Origin: Dehalococcoidia bacterium
Lineage (GTDB): Bacteria; Chloroflexota; Dehalococcoidia; UBA6926
Direction of reading: 5' to 3'
Length of the DNA: 64,000 bases
NCBI GenBank assembly: GCA_963666115.2
Contig: CAXXET010000006.1
Coordinates: 256,001 to 320,000 of the forward strand
Positions 47,890-63,371 of the stretch are shown piece after piece (position 1 is the first letter of the stretch; every line of letters begins with the position of its first letter). Below the pieces are notes generated by a model, which saw nothing but the letters and a program-made list of their open reading frames with translations, searched no databases and was not told the DNA's origin. The translations under genes and the position numbers were made by a program.

Positions 47890-48594
47890 CTAGAATGGCG
47901 CTATCGGCCTGATTTCGATTCTCCAGTCGCCGATTTCCTCACCGTCGTCGAGATTGCTGTTTTGCCTGAGCCTGGCCGCAGCCTGTTCTCGCGGCGTTTC
48001 ACTGTCAGGTGAGAAGAACACGAGGCCATCTTGGTCAACTGTTAGGATAGCAGTGGACTGGCATCTTTCCTCTGCTTGAGCCCGTTCAATGTCGCGTGGC
48101 GCGACGCATAGTGTCCCTGAAAAGGCATCGGTGTCATATGTGACCAAGGTGAACGCTGGATAACGTGTGTCACCCCACGGAGTCGTCTTGAGTTCGCCGC
48201 GCCCCACGCCAACATCCAAGAGCAGTTTTTCTACGACCTTGCTGATCTTCAACTCATATTCATATGTTCCGGGATTCAGGCGTATGAAACGCGGCTCGTT
48301 CCCATTTCCGTGCAGCGCCTTCCATCCTACGAACATTCCTTTGACTCTTGGCAGGCCGTGCGGAGTCGGTATTGGCGTCACGTCCGAATAGGCCGGAGTC
48401 GGACTTGGGAATGGCGTCGGATTCTGGATGACGTTGGGGGCGGGCGTCCACGTGGGCATCGCCGTGGGCGTCGGGGTCGGCGTAACCGTCGGTATGATCG
48501 TATGTGTCGGGGTGGGCGACGGCTCCGCGCTGGCACACCCTGCGACCGCCAGCGCAATGAGTAAAACCGCTAGTATCGTCTTCACTTTAGTCAC
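47890..48594 (-). CDS. Hypothetical lipoprotein with Pro/Thr linker
   Basis: Lipobox VAGC followed by PTPT repeats. Confidence 0.7.
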   Translation of the reverse strand: MTKVKTILAVLLIALAVAGCASAEPSPTPTHTIIPTVTPTPTPTAMPTWTPAPNVIQNPTPFPSPTPAYSDVTPIPTPHGLPRVKGMFVGWKALHGNGNEPRFIRLNPGTYEYELKISKVVEKLLLDVGVGRGELKTTPWGDTRYPAFTLVTYDTDAFSGTLCVAPRDIERAQAEERCQSTAILTVDQDGLVFFSPDSETPREQAAARLRQNSNLDDGEEIGDWRIEIRPIAPF

Positions 48595-48597
48595 CTC

Positions 48598-49311
48598 TCA
48601 TTTCACTGCGTCCGGTGAGGAATCAAGGGCGCGGAGGGAGATTGTTGCGCCTGCCCATGCTATGGCCATTTGGATTATGGTGGCGAGGCCGATTAGGAGG
48701 GTGGCCTGGAGGAAGAAGGCTTGTGGGAAGAGTTGGATCATCCTGTCGTTGGCTGTTCCCTGCCAGAGGTCGTTGGAGAAGCTGAGCAGGTGGAATTGCA
48801 GGAAGAGGAAGTTGAATCCGCCCAGGGCCGCGACCAGGCCGATGCCGATGATTGCCGCCACCGACCAGAACGCGCTCCGGCGGATGCTGCGGAAGACGAT
48901 TGCGGCCAGGTCCGGGCGTCCGCGCGCGGCGGCGATGATTGCGGCGATCAGGGCGGCGAGCGTGACGACGGTCGCTATTGCCTGCACAGCGTAGACGCGG
49001 TGGAGGAGGTCTCGCACGTCCCGGAAGTGTATGGCCTCCCGCTGGGTGAACAGGGGCTCCTCGATGCCGTTGACGACGATCTGCGTGGTGATCAGGTCTT
49101 CGTCGGACTCAAAGTAGTCGATGAGGCCGGCCGTGCCCTTGATCAGTTCTTCGCGTTCGACGCCGGTTCGCCCCGGCGCGTCGAATGCGTCGATGGCGTA
49201 GGTGTAGACGGCCTGGCCCTGGAACGCGACGCGGACGTTGGTGGTGATGAAGAGGGCGGGCAGGGCAAGCGCAACCGCTACGCCGAGCGCGTAGAAGAGT
49301 CGAGTGGACAA
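48598..49311 (-). CDS. TIGR01906/DUF1461 membrane protein (Lit-like)
   Basis: FTQREAIHFRDVR, F..FH...F.ND.W and MIQLFPQAFF motifs. Confidence 0.75.
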   Translation of the reverse strand: MSTRLFYALGVAVALALPALFITTNVRVAFQGQAVYTYAIDAFDAPGRTGVEREELIKGTAGLIDYFESDEDLITTQIVVNGIEEPLFTQREAIHFRDVRDLLHRVYAVQAIATVVTLAALIAAIIAAARGRPDLAAIVFRSIRRSAFWSVAAIIGIGLVAALGGFNFLFLQFHLLSFSNDLWQGTANDRMIQLFPQAFFLQATLLIGLATIIQMAIAWAGATISLRALDSSPDAVK

Positions 49312-49323
49312 CGGCGCGGGACG

Positions 49324-53710
<4,387 letters not shown>

Positions 53711-53724
<14 letters not shown>

Positions 53725-56700
53725 TCTCTCTCTCCTCTATGTCTCCGTCCGCGAAGTCATCCACGCGCAAGGCCCCGCTGAGGGCCAGTTCCAGCGCCGG
53801 AACGTCGGGGTCTTGCAGCAGCTCGATTGCGAGGCCCAGGCTCTGCAGTTCCATCTGCAGAACGTGGAAGGACTCCGGGATGCCGTGTTCAATCACGTCC
53901 TCGCCCTTCACGATGGCCTCATAGGTCTGCTGCCGGCCCTGCACGTCATCCGACTTGATCGTGAGCATTTCCTGGAGGTTGTGGGCGGCGCTGTACGCCT
54001 CAAGCGCCCAGACCTCCATCTCTCCGAACCGCTGCCCGCCGAACTGCGCCTTGCCGCCCAACGGCTGCTGCGTGATCAGCGAGTACGGCCCCGTCGAGCG
54101 GGCGTGAATCTTGTCCTCCACCAGGTGGATCAGCTTGAGCATGTAGATGTAGCCGACCGTCACCGGCTGGCCGAAGGGCTCGCCGGTGCGTCCATCCCGC
54201 AGCGTGACCTTGCCGAAGATGGGCGGGTGGTTGCCGCTCTGGCGGAAGCGCTCCTCCGTCTTCGCCACAACGCCGTCGGCGTCCAGCTTCTTGTGGGACA
54301 CTCCCTGCTGGTCAAGCCACAGCCGCAGGCAGACATCCTTGGCGACGCCGCGGACACGGTCGCTGAACACGGGCGCCGGGTCGATGCCCTTGTTCTTCAG
54401 CCACGCCTCCGCGATTTCCAACTCGAACGCCGGCTCGCCATGCTCTCCGGTGCGGACCGCTCCGGACTCATGGGCGATGTAGGCGCGGCCAAGCGCGTCC
54501 TCAATGGACTCCGGGTCTGCGCCGTCAAAGACGGGCGTCACGACCTGGAAACCGAGTTCGCGCGCCGCGGAGCCGATGTGGGTTTCCAAGATCTGGCCGA
54601 GGTTCATGCGGGAGGGCACGCCGATGGGGTTGAGGATGATTTCAACCGGCGTTCCGTCCGGCAGGTAGGGCATGTCCTCGATGGGCATGATGCGGGAGAT
54701 GACGCCCTTGTTGCCGTGCCGCCCGGCCATCTTGTCGCCGACGGAAATCTTGCGGGTTTGGGCAACCCAGACGCGCACCAGCTCATTGACGCCGGCCTGC
54801 AGGTCATCCTTTTGCTCGCCCGTCAGGATGCGGACGTCGATGACCTTGCCGTGCTCGCCGTGCGGCACGCGCAGGGAAGAGTCCTTCACCTCGCGGGCCT
54901 TTTCGCTAAAGATGGCGCGCAGCAGCTTCTCTTCGGGGGAAAGCTCCGTCTCGCCCTTTGGCGTGATCTTGCCGACGAGGATGTCGCCGGCGTTCACTTC
55001 CGCCCCGATGCGGATGATTCCCTTTTCATCGAGGTCGGCGAGGGCCTCTTCGCCCACGTTGGGGATGTCGCGGGTGATCTCCTCGCGTCCCAGCTTGGTG
55101 TCGCGGGCCTCAATCTCGTGCTTCTCGATGTGGATGGACGTGAACTTGTCCTCGCGCACGACGGACTCGGAGAGGATGATCGCGTCCTCGAAGTTGTAGC
55201 CCTCCCAGGACATGAACGCGCAGAGCACATTCTGTCCCAGGGCCAGTTCGCCCTGCACCGTGGAGGCGCAATCTGCGATGGGATCGCCCACCGTGACCTT
55301 TTCGCCGGGGGCCACCGAGGGTTTCTGGTTGATGACGGTTCCCTGGTTGGACCGCTCGAACTTGCGGACGCGGTGGGGATAGGTCTTGCCGTCGTCGCCC
55401 TTGATGATGATTTGCTCGGCCGTCGCCGTGACGACGGTTCCGTTAACGCGGGAGAGGAGAATCTGGCCGCTGTCCTTTGCGACGCGGGATTCCATGCCGG
55501 TGCCGACGATGGGCACGTCCGGGCGGACGAGAGGCACGGCCTGCCGCTGCATGTTGGAGCCCATCAGGGCGCGGTTGGCGTCGTCGTGTTCAAGGAACGG
55601 AATGAGGGCGGTGGAGACGCTGAAGATCTGCTTGGGTGAGACATCCATGAATTCAACGTCCACGGCGCGGGCGGTATGCGGCTCTCCCTGCCGCCTGACC
55701 TCGATCATGTCGGTGACCATCTCGCCAACGTCGTTGAGTTCCGTGTTGGCCTGCGCGATGTCGTGCCGCTCCTCTTCGTCCGCGTCAAGGTACTCGGACT
55801 CATCGAGCACAAAGGGGCGCACGGGGATGTCCAGCGGGGCAAGCCGCGCGATGGACTTGGCGAGTTCCGCAGAGACGACCGTTCCGGCCTCCGCGACCAG
55901 CTTCTTGCGCCGGTCCCTGACTTCCTCACGGAGCGTGTGGCCCTGAAGCCGCTTCGGCTCCTTGTTGGGGATGTCCTTGAGCACGCGGCGGTACGGGGTC
56001 TCGATGAAACCGAAGGGGTTGATCTTGGCGTAGGTGGCGAGCGAGCCAAGCAGGCCGATGTTCGGCCCCTCGGGCGTCTCAATGGGGCAGATGCGCCCGT
56101 AGTGGGAGTTGTGAACGTCACGCACGTCGAAACCGGCGCGCTCCCGGGAGAGGCCGCCGGGCCCCAGCGCGGAAAGCCGCCGCTTGTGCGTCAACTCGGC
56201 AAGCGGGTTCGTCTGATCCATGAACTGCGAGAGCTGCGAGCCGCCAAAGAACTCACGCAGGGACGCAACGATGGGGCGCACGTTGACGAGGTGGCCGGGG
56301 GTCGCGCCCTCCGGCTGCACCAGCGTCATGCGCTCCCGCGCCACGCGCTCCATGCGGAGGAGGCCGACGCGGAACTGGTTCTGGATCAGCTCGCCGACTG
56401 ACCGGACGCGGCGGTTCCCCAGGTGGTCGATGTCATTGGGCCGCGCCGCGCCGTTGTGCACGCGGATCATCTGCTTGATGAGCGCGATGATGTCTTCCGG
56501 CAGGAGGATGCGCGTTTCCGCGTCTACCTGCGAGCCAAGGCCGCGGTTGAGCTTGTAGCGCCCCACCCGGGCCAGGTCATAGCGGCGGGGGTCAAAGAAC
56601 AGGTGGTGGATGAGCGTCTTGGCGTTGTCCAGCACGGACGGCTCGCCGGGGCGCAGGCGCCGGTAGAACTCCAGCAGGGCTTCATCCGTCGTCCGCGCGT

Positions 56701-57475
56701 GAGGCTCACGCTCCAGGGTGGTGCGTATGAGGCTCGCATCGCCGGGCTGGTCCACGTCCGAGAACATGGAGAGAATCTCGTCCTCGTCGTAACCGAGGGC
56801 GCGGAGCAGCAGGGTGACGGGCATCTTGCGGCGGCGGTCCACCTTGACGCTGATGATGCTCTTGTTGGAGATATCGAACTCAAGCCACGCGCCGCGATTG
56901 GGGATGAGCTTGGTCATGCACAGTTCACGCCCCGTGGACGGGTCGCGCTCCAGCGTGAAATAGGCACCGGGGGAACGGACAAGCTGGCTGACGACGACAC
57001 GCTCCGCGCCGTTGATGATGAACGTGCCCCGGTCAGTCATGAGGGGAACGTCACCCAGGAAGAGGTCCTGTTCCTTGACCTCGCCCGTTTCCTTGACGGT
57101 CAACTCAGCCTTGACGTGGAGGGGGGCGGAGTAGTTGAGGTCCTTGTCACGGCACTCATCTTCGGAATGCTTGGGCTCGTCAAAGCGGTGTTCGACGAAC
57201 CGGAGCTGGAAGCGGCCGCCGACAGCATCGGCGCGGGCCTTGCCCTCCCGCACAAGCTCCAGTATCTCGCGCGGCGAGCGTCCGGCGCTGAGATCGGCGG
57301 GCAGGGTCTCCCGCGCGGCGTCCTGGATGGGGCTGATTTCAGAGAGGAGTTCGGCGATGCCGTCGGTCTTGAACCAGTTGAAGGAGTCGACCTGTATTTG
57401 GATGAGATTGGGCGGCGCGAGTATTTCATCGACCCGCGAGTAATTCTTGATTGACTCCCTCATGGCTGCGACCAT
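53711..57475 (-). CDS. rpoB: DNA-directed RNA polymerase beta subunit
   Basis: [25 protein letters not shown] and GGQRFGEME motifs. Confidence 0.99.
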
Positions 57476-57593
57476 TCGGCGCTCCTTCCCTTACAGACAC
57501 AAAGCGCCCGCTCGCGGGGCGCGCTTAATTTGCCCAGCGAACAGGCATCAACGGTGCGAACTAACGGGCCGACGTCCACCCAAGCACAAACGA

Positions 57594-57622
57594 ATACTAT
57601 ATCACACGCGCGCAAACGTCAA
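57594..57622 (-). promoter_or_regulatory. Sigma70-type promoter for rpoBC
   Basis: TTGACG-N17-TAGTAT, also readable as TGaTATAGT extended -10. Confidence 0.65.
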
Positions 57623-57658
57623 CACGCGCCCTTGACAGGCCGCGCGGAGGCGGGCCGT

Positions 57659-58882
57659 CTACACGACTCTCCACCACGGCGCGGCCAGGATGCCAGGGGT
57701 GATCCAGTCCAGCAGATCGCCATCGTGGAGGAGGAGGCCGGCGCGGGCCTGCTCTCCGTACTCGGAGCGGAAGGCGCGGAGGTTGGCGGTGTCACGGAGG
57801 CGGGGGCGGGTGGTTGACTTCACCTCTATGGGCAGCAAGCGGCCCCCGGCCTCTATCACGAAATCGACCTCTTCTCCTGCCGCAGTGCGCCAGTAGAAGA
57901 CCTCGGCCCGGTCGATTCGGGAGTCGCGCCAGGCAAGCAGATCGTGGAGCGCCAGGTTTTCCAGGTGCGCTCCACGCGGATCATCCTCCTGCGCCAGGTG
58001 CATGGCCAAGCCGGTATCGCCCCAATACAGCTTGGGGGTCTTGATCAAGCGCTTGGTGCGATTCACGGCGAACGCAGGCAGGCGCAGTAGGAGGTGGGAC
58101 GTCTCCAACAGGTTCAGGTAGCGGCGCACGGTTGGCTGCGGCAGCGCGACGTCCCGCCCGAGGTCTGTCTGGTTGACCAATTGGCCGAGCCGCAGGCAGA
58201 CGGCGCGCATGAGGCGGCGAAAGTCGGGCAGGGCGGCTATCGAGGAGAGGTCCTGGAGGTCTCGCTCCAGGTACGTCCGCACGTACCCGTCGAACCAGAT
58301 TGCCCTATCGCTGGCAGACTCCAACTGGAGGGACGGCGCGGGAAAGCCGCCTCGTTTGGCGAGCAGCCTCCAATCCTCAGCGGCGGATTCGTGGGACGCC
58401 AGAACCTGCGGCCACTCTTCATCAGGGGAGGCGATCAACTCCTCCCAGAGGCCGGCGCGGCCCTTCGTCAACTGTTCACGGCGAGTCATCGGCCATAGCG
58501 TCAGGTAGCTGGCGCGTCCTGCCAGGGACTCCGACACCTGCCGCATGAGCAACAGGTTGGCTGAGCCGGTCAACAGGAACCGGCCCGGCTGGCGGCGCTG
58601 ATCGATGGCCCGTTTGATTGCGTGCAGGAAATCGGGTTCCCGCTGAACCTCGTCGATTGTGAGGGGGGCGTTCTCCTCCAGTATCGCCTGCGGCTCACGC
58701 CGCACGAGGTCGATCACGTCCAGGTCGTCCAGGCTGAAGAATCTCCGCCCGCCCGCCGCGAGGTCTTGGGCAAGGGTGCTCTTTCCCGTCTGCCTGGCGC
58801 CGGTGACGACAACGGCGGGCATCACGCGAAGCCGGTCTTCAAGGCTTGAGGCGACGAGGCGGGGCAGGGGGCTAGTAGTCAT
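57659..58882 (-). CDS. AAA ATPase with DUF4143 and C-terminal PD-(D/E)XK-like domain
   Basis: GARQTGKST, IDEVQ, LLTGS, KLYWGDTGL and EVDFVIE...PIEVK motifs. Confidence 0.88.
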   Translation of the reverse strand: MTTSPLPRLVASSLEDRLRVMPAVVVTGARQTGKSTLAQDLAAGGRRFFSLDDLDVIDLVRREPQAILEENAPLTIDEVQREPDFLHAIKRAIDQRRQPGRFLLTGSANLLLMRQVSESLAGRASYLTLWPMTRREQLTKGRAGLWEELIASPDEEWPQVLASHESAAEDWRLLAKRGGFPAPSLQLESASDRAIWFDGYVRTYLERDLQDLSSIAALPDFRRLMRAVCLRLGQLVNQTDLGRDVALPQPTVRRYLNLLETSHLLLRLPAFAVNRTKRLIKTPKLYWGDTGLAMHLAQEDDPRGAHLENLALHDLLAWRDSRIDRAEVFYWRTAAGEEVDFVIEAGGRLLPIEVKSTTRPRLRDTANLRAFRSEYGEQARAGLLLHDGDLLDWITPGILAAPWWRVV

Positions 58883-58883
58883 G

Positions 58884-58957
58884 GCATGAATGATAATCAT
58901 TCACGGTGTGAATGACAACCATACAGAGCATGAATGATAATCATTCACGGTGTGAAT
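58884..58957. repeat. Array of palindromic boxes: perfect 30-bp direct repeat with underlying 22-bp period
   Basis: GCATGAATGATAATCATTCACGGTGTGAAT at 58884 and 58928; core TGAATGAT-A-ATCATTCA. Confidence 0.85.
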
Positions 58958-58986
58958 AGATTAGCACAACCGCGTGCCCTCCACGC

Positions 58987-59469
58987 TCACAGCCGGTCTA
59001 TCTCCTCCAGGTTGGCCAGGAAGTCACGGAAGGCGGTGGGAGGTTGGCCTGGGATTACGGTTACTGCGGAGTGGAGGGCCGTCACGAGGTCGTCTTCTAT
59101 TTGGAAGGGCATGTTGAGGGCGACCGACCATGCTGCCGCGTGCGCTAATGAGGCGGGGACGGCCTGTTCTACGGGGGAGTCCGCCTTTCGCATGATGAGC
59201 ACCGGGGTTAGGGCAGCGCCGTCGCGGGAGTCGATCATCAGTAGCTTGATGGCCAGGACGACGCCGGCGCCGCGCGAGGCCGTGTCCTTGAGGTGGTCGA
59301 GGACGTTCCTGCCCGGCATTCCGTCCTCGGACAAGAGGCTGCCGAGAACCACCGCCTCCTTCTCCTGCACGTTGAGGGCGAGCCTGTCTTCGCCCTCCGC
59401 GCTACGGAGGATGAGCACGTTCTGTTTCGTTTCGGCGTCTTCCGACACTCTCTCAACCAAATAGTTCAT
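58987..59469 (-). CDS. Divergent bifunctional nuclease (DUF151) family protein
   Basis: VLILR...L.L.V...EA, A.A..VAL..P and a terminal FRDFLANL pattern. The typical PSDAIA motif is degenerate. Confidence 0.5.
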   Translation of the reverse strand: MNYLVERVSEDAETKQNVLILRSAEGEDRLALNVQEKEAVVLGSLLSEDGMPGRNVLDHLKDTASRGAGVVLAIKLLMIDSRDGAALTPVLIMRKADSPVEQAVPASLAHAAAWSVALNMPFQIEDDLVTALHSAVTVIPGQPPTAFRDFLANLEEIDRL

Positions 59470-59482
59470 CGCCGCTCCAAAT

Positions 59483-59515
59483 CCCCTCTCCACGGGGAGA
59501 GGGTTAGGGTGAGGG
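59483..59515. repeat. Short intergenic repeat of the CCCTCACCCTAACCCTCTCCC type
   Basis: CCCCTCTCCACGGGGAGAGGGTTAGGGTGAGGG hairpin; recognised as a common bacterial repeat, single copy here. Confidence 0.55.
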
Positions 59516-59582
59516 TATCTCCCCTTGTATACTGAACGGGCATTACCGACACTACAAGCAGCAGGCAAGGGACGGCATTTTG

Positions 59583-62078
59583 ATGGCAGCGGAGCGGCGC
59601 GCGGGGAACCCGTACAACCTCAAGTACGATCCCGTTGCGCTTGACCGGAAGTGGCAGGAGCGCTGGGAGGCGGACGGCCTCCACGAGGCGAACCCCGACG
59701 ATTCCCGCCCCGCGTGGTACGCGCTCACCATGTTCCCGTACACGTCAGGGGATCTCCATGTCGGCCATTGGTACGCCGAGGCCCCTGCCGACGCCCACGC
59801 GCGCTATATGCGGATGTGCGGCTACAACGTGCTCCATCCCATGGGCTTCGACGCATTCGGCCTGCCGGCAGAGAACGCCGCAATCCAGCGCGGCATTCAC
59901 CCCCAAACGTGGACGCTGGACAACGTGGATCGAATGCGCGGCCAGCTCAAGACCATCGGCGCGGGCTACGACTGGCGGCGTGAGGTCATCACCTGCCTGC
60001 CTGAGTACTACATGTGGAACCAGTACTTTTTCCTCAAGATGTATGAGAAGGGCATCGCCTATCGCGCCATGGCCCCGGTGAACTGGTGCGAGAAAGACCA
60101 GACGACGCTCGCCAGGGAGCAGGTCATGTCCGACGGCACGTGCGAACGCTGCGGCACGGTCGTCTACCAACGCGACCTCGAGCAGTGGTTCTTCCGCATC
60201 ACCGACTATGCGGAGGAGTTGCTGGACAACTCGAAGATAGATTGGCCGGAGCGCATCAACCTGATGCAGACCAATTGGATTGGCCGCTCCGAGGGCGCGG
60301 AGATTTCCTTTGGGCTGGACGTTCCCGGCGTGGACGCGGACGAACTGCGCGTGTTCACGACGCGGCCCGATACAACCTACGGCGTCACGTTCATGGCGCT
60401 CGCGCCTGAACATCCGCTGGTTCCCGCGCTGACGAGCGATGAGCAGCGCGCCGAGGTGGAGGCGTATGCGGCGCAGGCGCGGCGGTTGACGGAAATCGAG
60501 CGGCTGGCCGTCGATAAGGAAAAGACGGGCGTGCCGTTGGGCACGTACTGCATCAACCGGCTCAACGGTCAGAAGGTCGCTCTGTGGATTGCCGATTATG
60601 CGCTCGCCACGTACGGCACGGGCGCGGTCATGGGGGTGCCGGCGCATGACGAACGCGACTTTGAATTCGCGACGAAGTACGGGATTCCAATCGAGACGGT
60701 CATCGCGCCGGAGGGGTATGACGGCTCGCCGCTGAGCGAGGCGTATATCGATCCCGGCGTGATGGTCAATTCCGGGCCGTTCACGGGGATGCCGAATGAG
60801 GACGGCAAGGCGGCGGTCGCCCAGCGCCTGGAGGAGAACGGCTGGGGCGGCCCGACGGTGTCCTATCGCATGAGGGACTGGCTCGTTTCTCGCCAGCGGT
60901 ACTGGGGCACACCTATTCCGATCATCTATTGCGCCGAGTGCGGCGCGGTTCCCGTTCCGGAGGACCAGCTGCCGGTTGTGCTGCCGGACGATGCCGAGTT
61001 CCTGCCCACGGGTGAATCACCGCTGAAGCATCACGCGGGATTTCGTTACACGGCCTGCCCGCAATGCGGCAGCGAGGACGCGGAACGGGAAACGGACACA
61101 ATGGACACGTTCGTCGACTCCGCCTGGTACCAATTCCGCTACACCAGCCCGGACGCCGGCACGGACGCGGCGTTTGATCCCGCCGAGATGGCGCGGTGGG
61201 CGCCTGTTGACCTGTACACGGGCGGGGCGGAGCACGCCGTCATGCACCTGCTGTATGCGCGCTTTTTCACAAAGGCGCTGCGCGACCTCGGCCTGTTGTC
61301 GTTCGATGAGCCGTTCAAGCGGCTGTTCAACCAGGGCGTCATCCTTGGTGAAGACCACGAAAAGATGTCCAAGAGCCGCGGCAACGTGGTGAACCCCGAT
61401 GAGCAGACAGCGCTGCTTGGCGCGGATGCCGTGCGCGCCTACCTGATGTTCGTTGGGCCGTGGGACCAGGGCGGGGCGTGGAGCACGCAGGGCATCCGCG
61501 GCATCCCGCGCTGGTTCAATCGCGTGTGGGAATTGTGCGAGACGCGATGCCAAGCCGAGGGCGCCGCCGCGCCGTCCGGCATTGCCGCCGAGCTAACCCG
61601 TGAGACGCACCGCACGATTCAGAAGACCACCCAGGACGTTGACTCGTTCCAGTTCAACACGATGATCGCGGCGCTAATGACGTTTACGAACACGCTGTCA
61701 CGCATTGAGTCCGACAACCCGGACGCAGCGACAAGCCCGGAATGGCGTGAGGCGTACGACACGCTGCTCTTGCTGCTCGCGCCCATCGCGCCGCATCTGA
61801 CGGAGGAGTTGTGGGAGATGACGGGCAGGCCGTACTCCATCCATCAGCAATCTTGGCCGGAGTACGATGAGTCACTGACAAAATCGGAAGAGATCACGCT
61901 CATCGTGCAGGTGGACGGCAAGCTGCGCGACCGGCTGACGGTCGCGGCGGACATTGGGGAGGACGACGCCCGAACCGCCGCGCTTGCCAGCGAGAAGATA
62001 CAGATCGCGCTCAACGGCGCAGACCCCGCCCGCGTCATCTACGTGCCGGGCAGGCTGCTCAACCTCGTCACGCGCTAA
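59583..62078 (+). CDS. leuS: Leucyl-tRNA synthetase
   Basis: MFPYTSG.LHVGH, FTTRPDT, GTGAVMGVPAHDERD and KMSKS motifs. Confidence 0.98.
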   Translation: MAAERRAGNPYNLKYDPVALDRKWQERWEADGLHEANPDDSRPAWYALTMFPYTSGDLHVGHWYAEAPADAHARYMRMCGYNVLHPMGFDAFGLPAENAAIQRGIHPQTWTLDNVDRMRGQLKTIGAGYDWRREVITCLPEYYMWNQYFFLKMYEKGIAYRAMAPVNWCEKDQTTLAREQVMSDGTCERCGTVVYQRDLEQWFFRITDYAEELLDNSKIDWPERINLMQTNWIGRSEGAEISFGLDVPGVDADELRVFTTRPDTTYGVTFMALAPEHPLVPALTSDEQRAEVEAYAAQARRLTEIERLAVDKEKTGVPLGTYCINRLNGQKVALWIADYALATYGTGAVMGVPAHDERDFEFATKYGIPIETVIAPEGYDGSPLSEAYIDPGVMVNSGPFTGMPNEDGKAAVAQRLEENGWGGPTVSYRMRDWLVSRQRYWGTPIPIIYCAECGAVPVPEDQLPVVLPDDAEFLPTGESPLKHHAGFRYTACPQCGSEDAERETDTMDTFVDSAWYQFRYTSPDAGTDAAFDPAEMARWAPVDLYTGGAEHAVMHLLYARFFTKALRDLGLLSFDEPFKRLFNQGVILGEDHEKMSKSRGNVVNPDEQTALLGADAVRAYLMFVGPWDQGGAWSTQGIRGIPRWFNRVWELCETRCQAEGAAAPSGIAAELTRETHRTIQKTTQDVDSFQFNTMIAALMTFTNTLSRIESDNPDAATSPEWREAYDTLLLLLAPIAPHLTEELWEMTGRPYSIHQQSWPEYDESLTKSEEITLIVQVDGKLRDRLTVAADIGEDDARTAALASEKIQIALNGADPARVIYVPGRLLNLVTR

Positions 62079-62108
62079 TCGCGTTGCCAAGTCGCGCGAT
62101 CGGTCGCG

Positions 62109-62537
62109 CTAGTCCTCCTGCCGCCACATCATGGTGGCGACGGCAAGGAAGGCGAGCGGCAGGCCGGCGTCGATGGTGATCCAGACGAGGCCCCTGTTCG
62201 CGCTGAGGTCCGCGCTGAGGATTGTATCCAGCACGAAGTTGCCCAGCAGGAGAATGAACAGGAACGCGATGACGAAGAAGGCCGCAGTGTGCGCCAGCCA
62301 ATCCCGCGTGACGATCATCTCCGCGCCGGACTCGTCGTCCATCTTGCGCCGCCACGTGTAGATGAGGGCGATGACCGCGCCGATGATGGCAAGCGGGTCA
62401 ATGACCGCCCAGCCCGCGCCGATGTCGAGCGAATCACCAAACCATTCGCCCAACAGCGGGCTGAAAACGAACCAGAATGCGATGGCCGCCGCCACGATGC
62501 AGAGATAGACTGCCGCCGGTTTTCGCCACTGCGCCAT
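62109..62537 (-). CDS. Hypothetical 4-TM membrane protein
   Basis: Four hydrophobic helices; ATG follows GGAGGTGGAG. Confidence 0.65.
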   Translation of the reverse strand: MAQWRKPAAVYLCIVAAAIAFWFVFSPLLGEWFGDSLDIGAGWAVIDPLAIIGAVIALIYTWRRKMDDESGAEMIVTRDWLAHTAAFFVIAFLFILLLGNFVLDTILSADLSANRGLVWITIDAGLPLAFLAVATMMWRQED

Positions 62538-62636
62538 TACTCCACCTCCCGCGCTTTCGACCACGCTTGCCTGCTTCGCTTGCCGTCACGCCAATCCTAG
62601 CACGGAGACCACACGCTACGCGGTACACTTGTTGAC

Positions 62637-63371
62637 GTGAACGCCCTGGCAAACACCCCCGACCGAACCGTGACCGCGATCATCGTCGCCGCCGGCTCCG
62701 GCGAGCGCATGGGCGGCGTGCAGAAGGCGTTTCAGCCGCTGCTCGGACGCGCGATGGTCGCGTATTCCCTCCGTGTCATGGAGGACTCGCCCGAAATAGA
62801 CCGCATCGTTCTGGTGGTGGCCGCCGACTCTGTTGCGAAAGCCAAATCTCTGGTCGCGGCTATGGACCTGTGCAAGGTTGCTGCCATCTGCGCGGGGGGT
62901 GATACGCGCCGCGCATCCGTCCACGCCGGGCTGGAGGCCGCGCCGGAGAGCGCGTTCACGCTAATCCATGACGGGGCGCGTCCGTGCCTCACGCCGGAAC
63001 TCGTCGCGCGGGGCGCGGCGGCGCAAGGACATGGCGGCGCGGCGATTCCCGCCGTCCCCGCACAGGACACCATTAAGGAGGTAGGGCAGGGCGGGCGTGT
63101 GATTCGCACGCCGGACAGGTCAACGCTCTATGCCGCCCAGACGCCGCAGGTTTTTCCGACCGCTCTGCTTAGGCGCGCCCACGCGGAGGCCGCGCCCGAC
63201 CTGGCGCTGGATGACGCGAGCCTGTTTGAGGCGCTTGGCTGGCCGGTGCATATCTTCGAGGGCGATCCGGCCAATATAAAGGTCACGACGCCCATCGACC
63301 TGGTATTCGCCGAGGCCGTGCTGCGCCGGCGGGGTGTCGTGGAGCCGGACGGCTCGGGAGGGGGCGCGTAG
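62637..63371 (+). CDS. ispD: 2-C-methyl-D-erythritol 4-phosphate cytidylyltransferase
   Basis: AAGSGERMG, IHDGARP, AQTPQVF and NIKVTTPID motifs. Confidence 0.94.
   Translation: MNALANTPDRTVTAIIVAAGSGERMGGVQKAFQPLLGRAMVAYSLRVMEDSPEIDRIVLVVAADSVAKAKSLVAAMDLCKVAAICAGGDTRRASVHAGLEAAPESAFTLIHDGARPCLTPELVARGAAAQGHGGAAIPAVPAQDTIKEVGQGGRVIRTPDRSTLYAAQTPQVFPTALLRRAHAEAAPDLALDDASLFEALGWPVHIFEGDPANIKVTTPIDLVFAEAVLRRRGVVEPDGSGGGA

Noticed and set aside
58884-58957. Mini-CRISPR interpretation of the 30-bp repeat
   Set aside because: Only two copies with a 14-bp gap that is itself part of a degenerate repeat; no cas genes.
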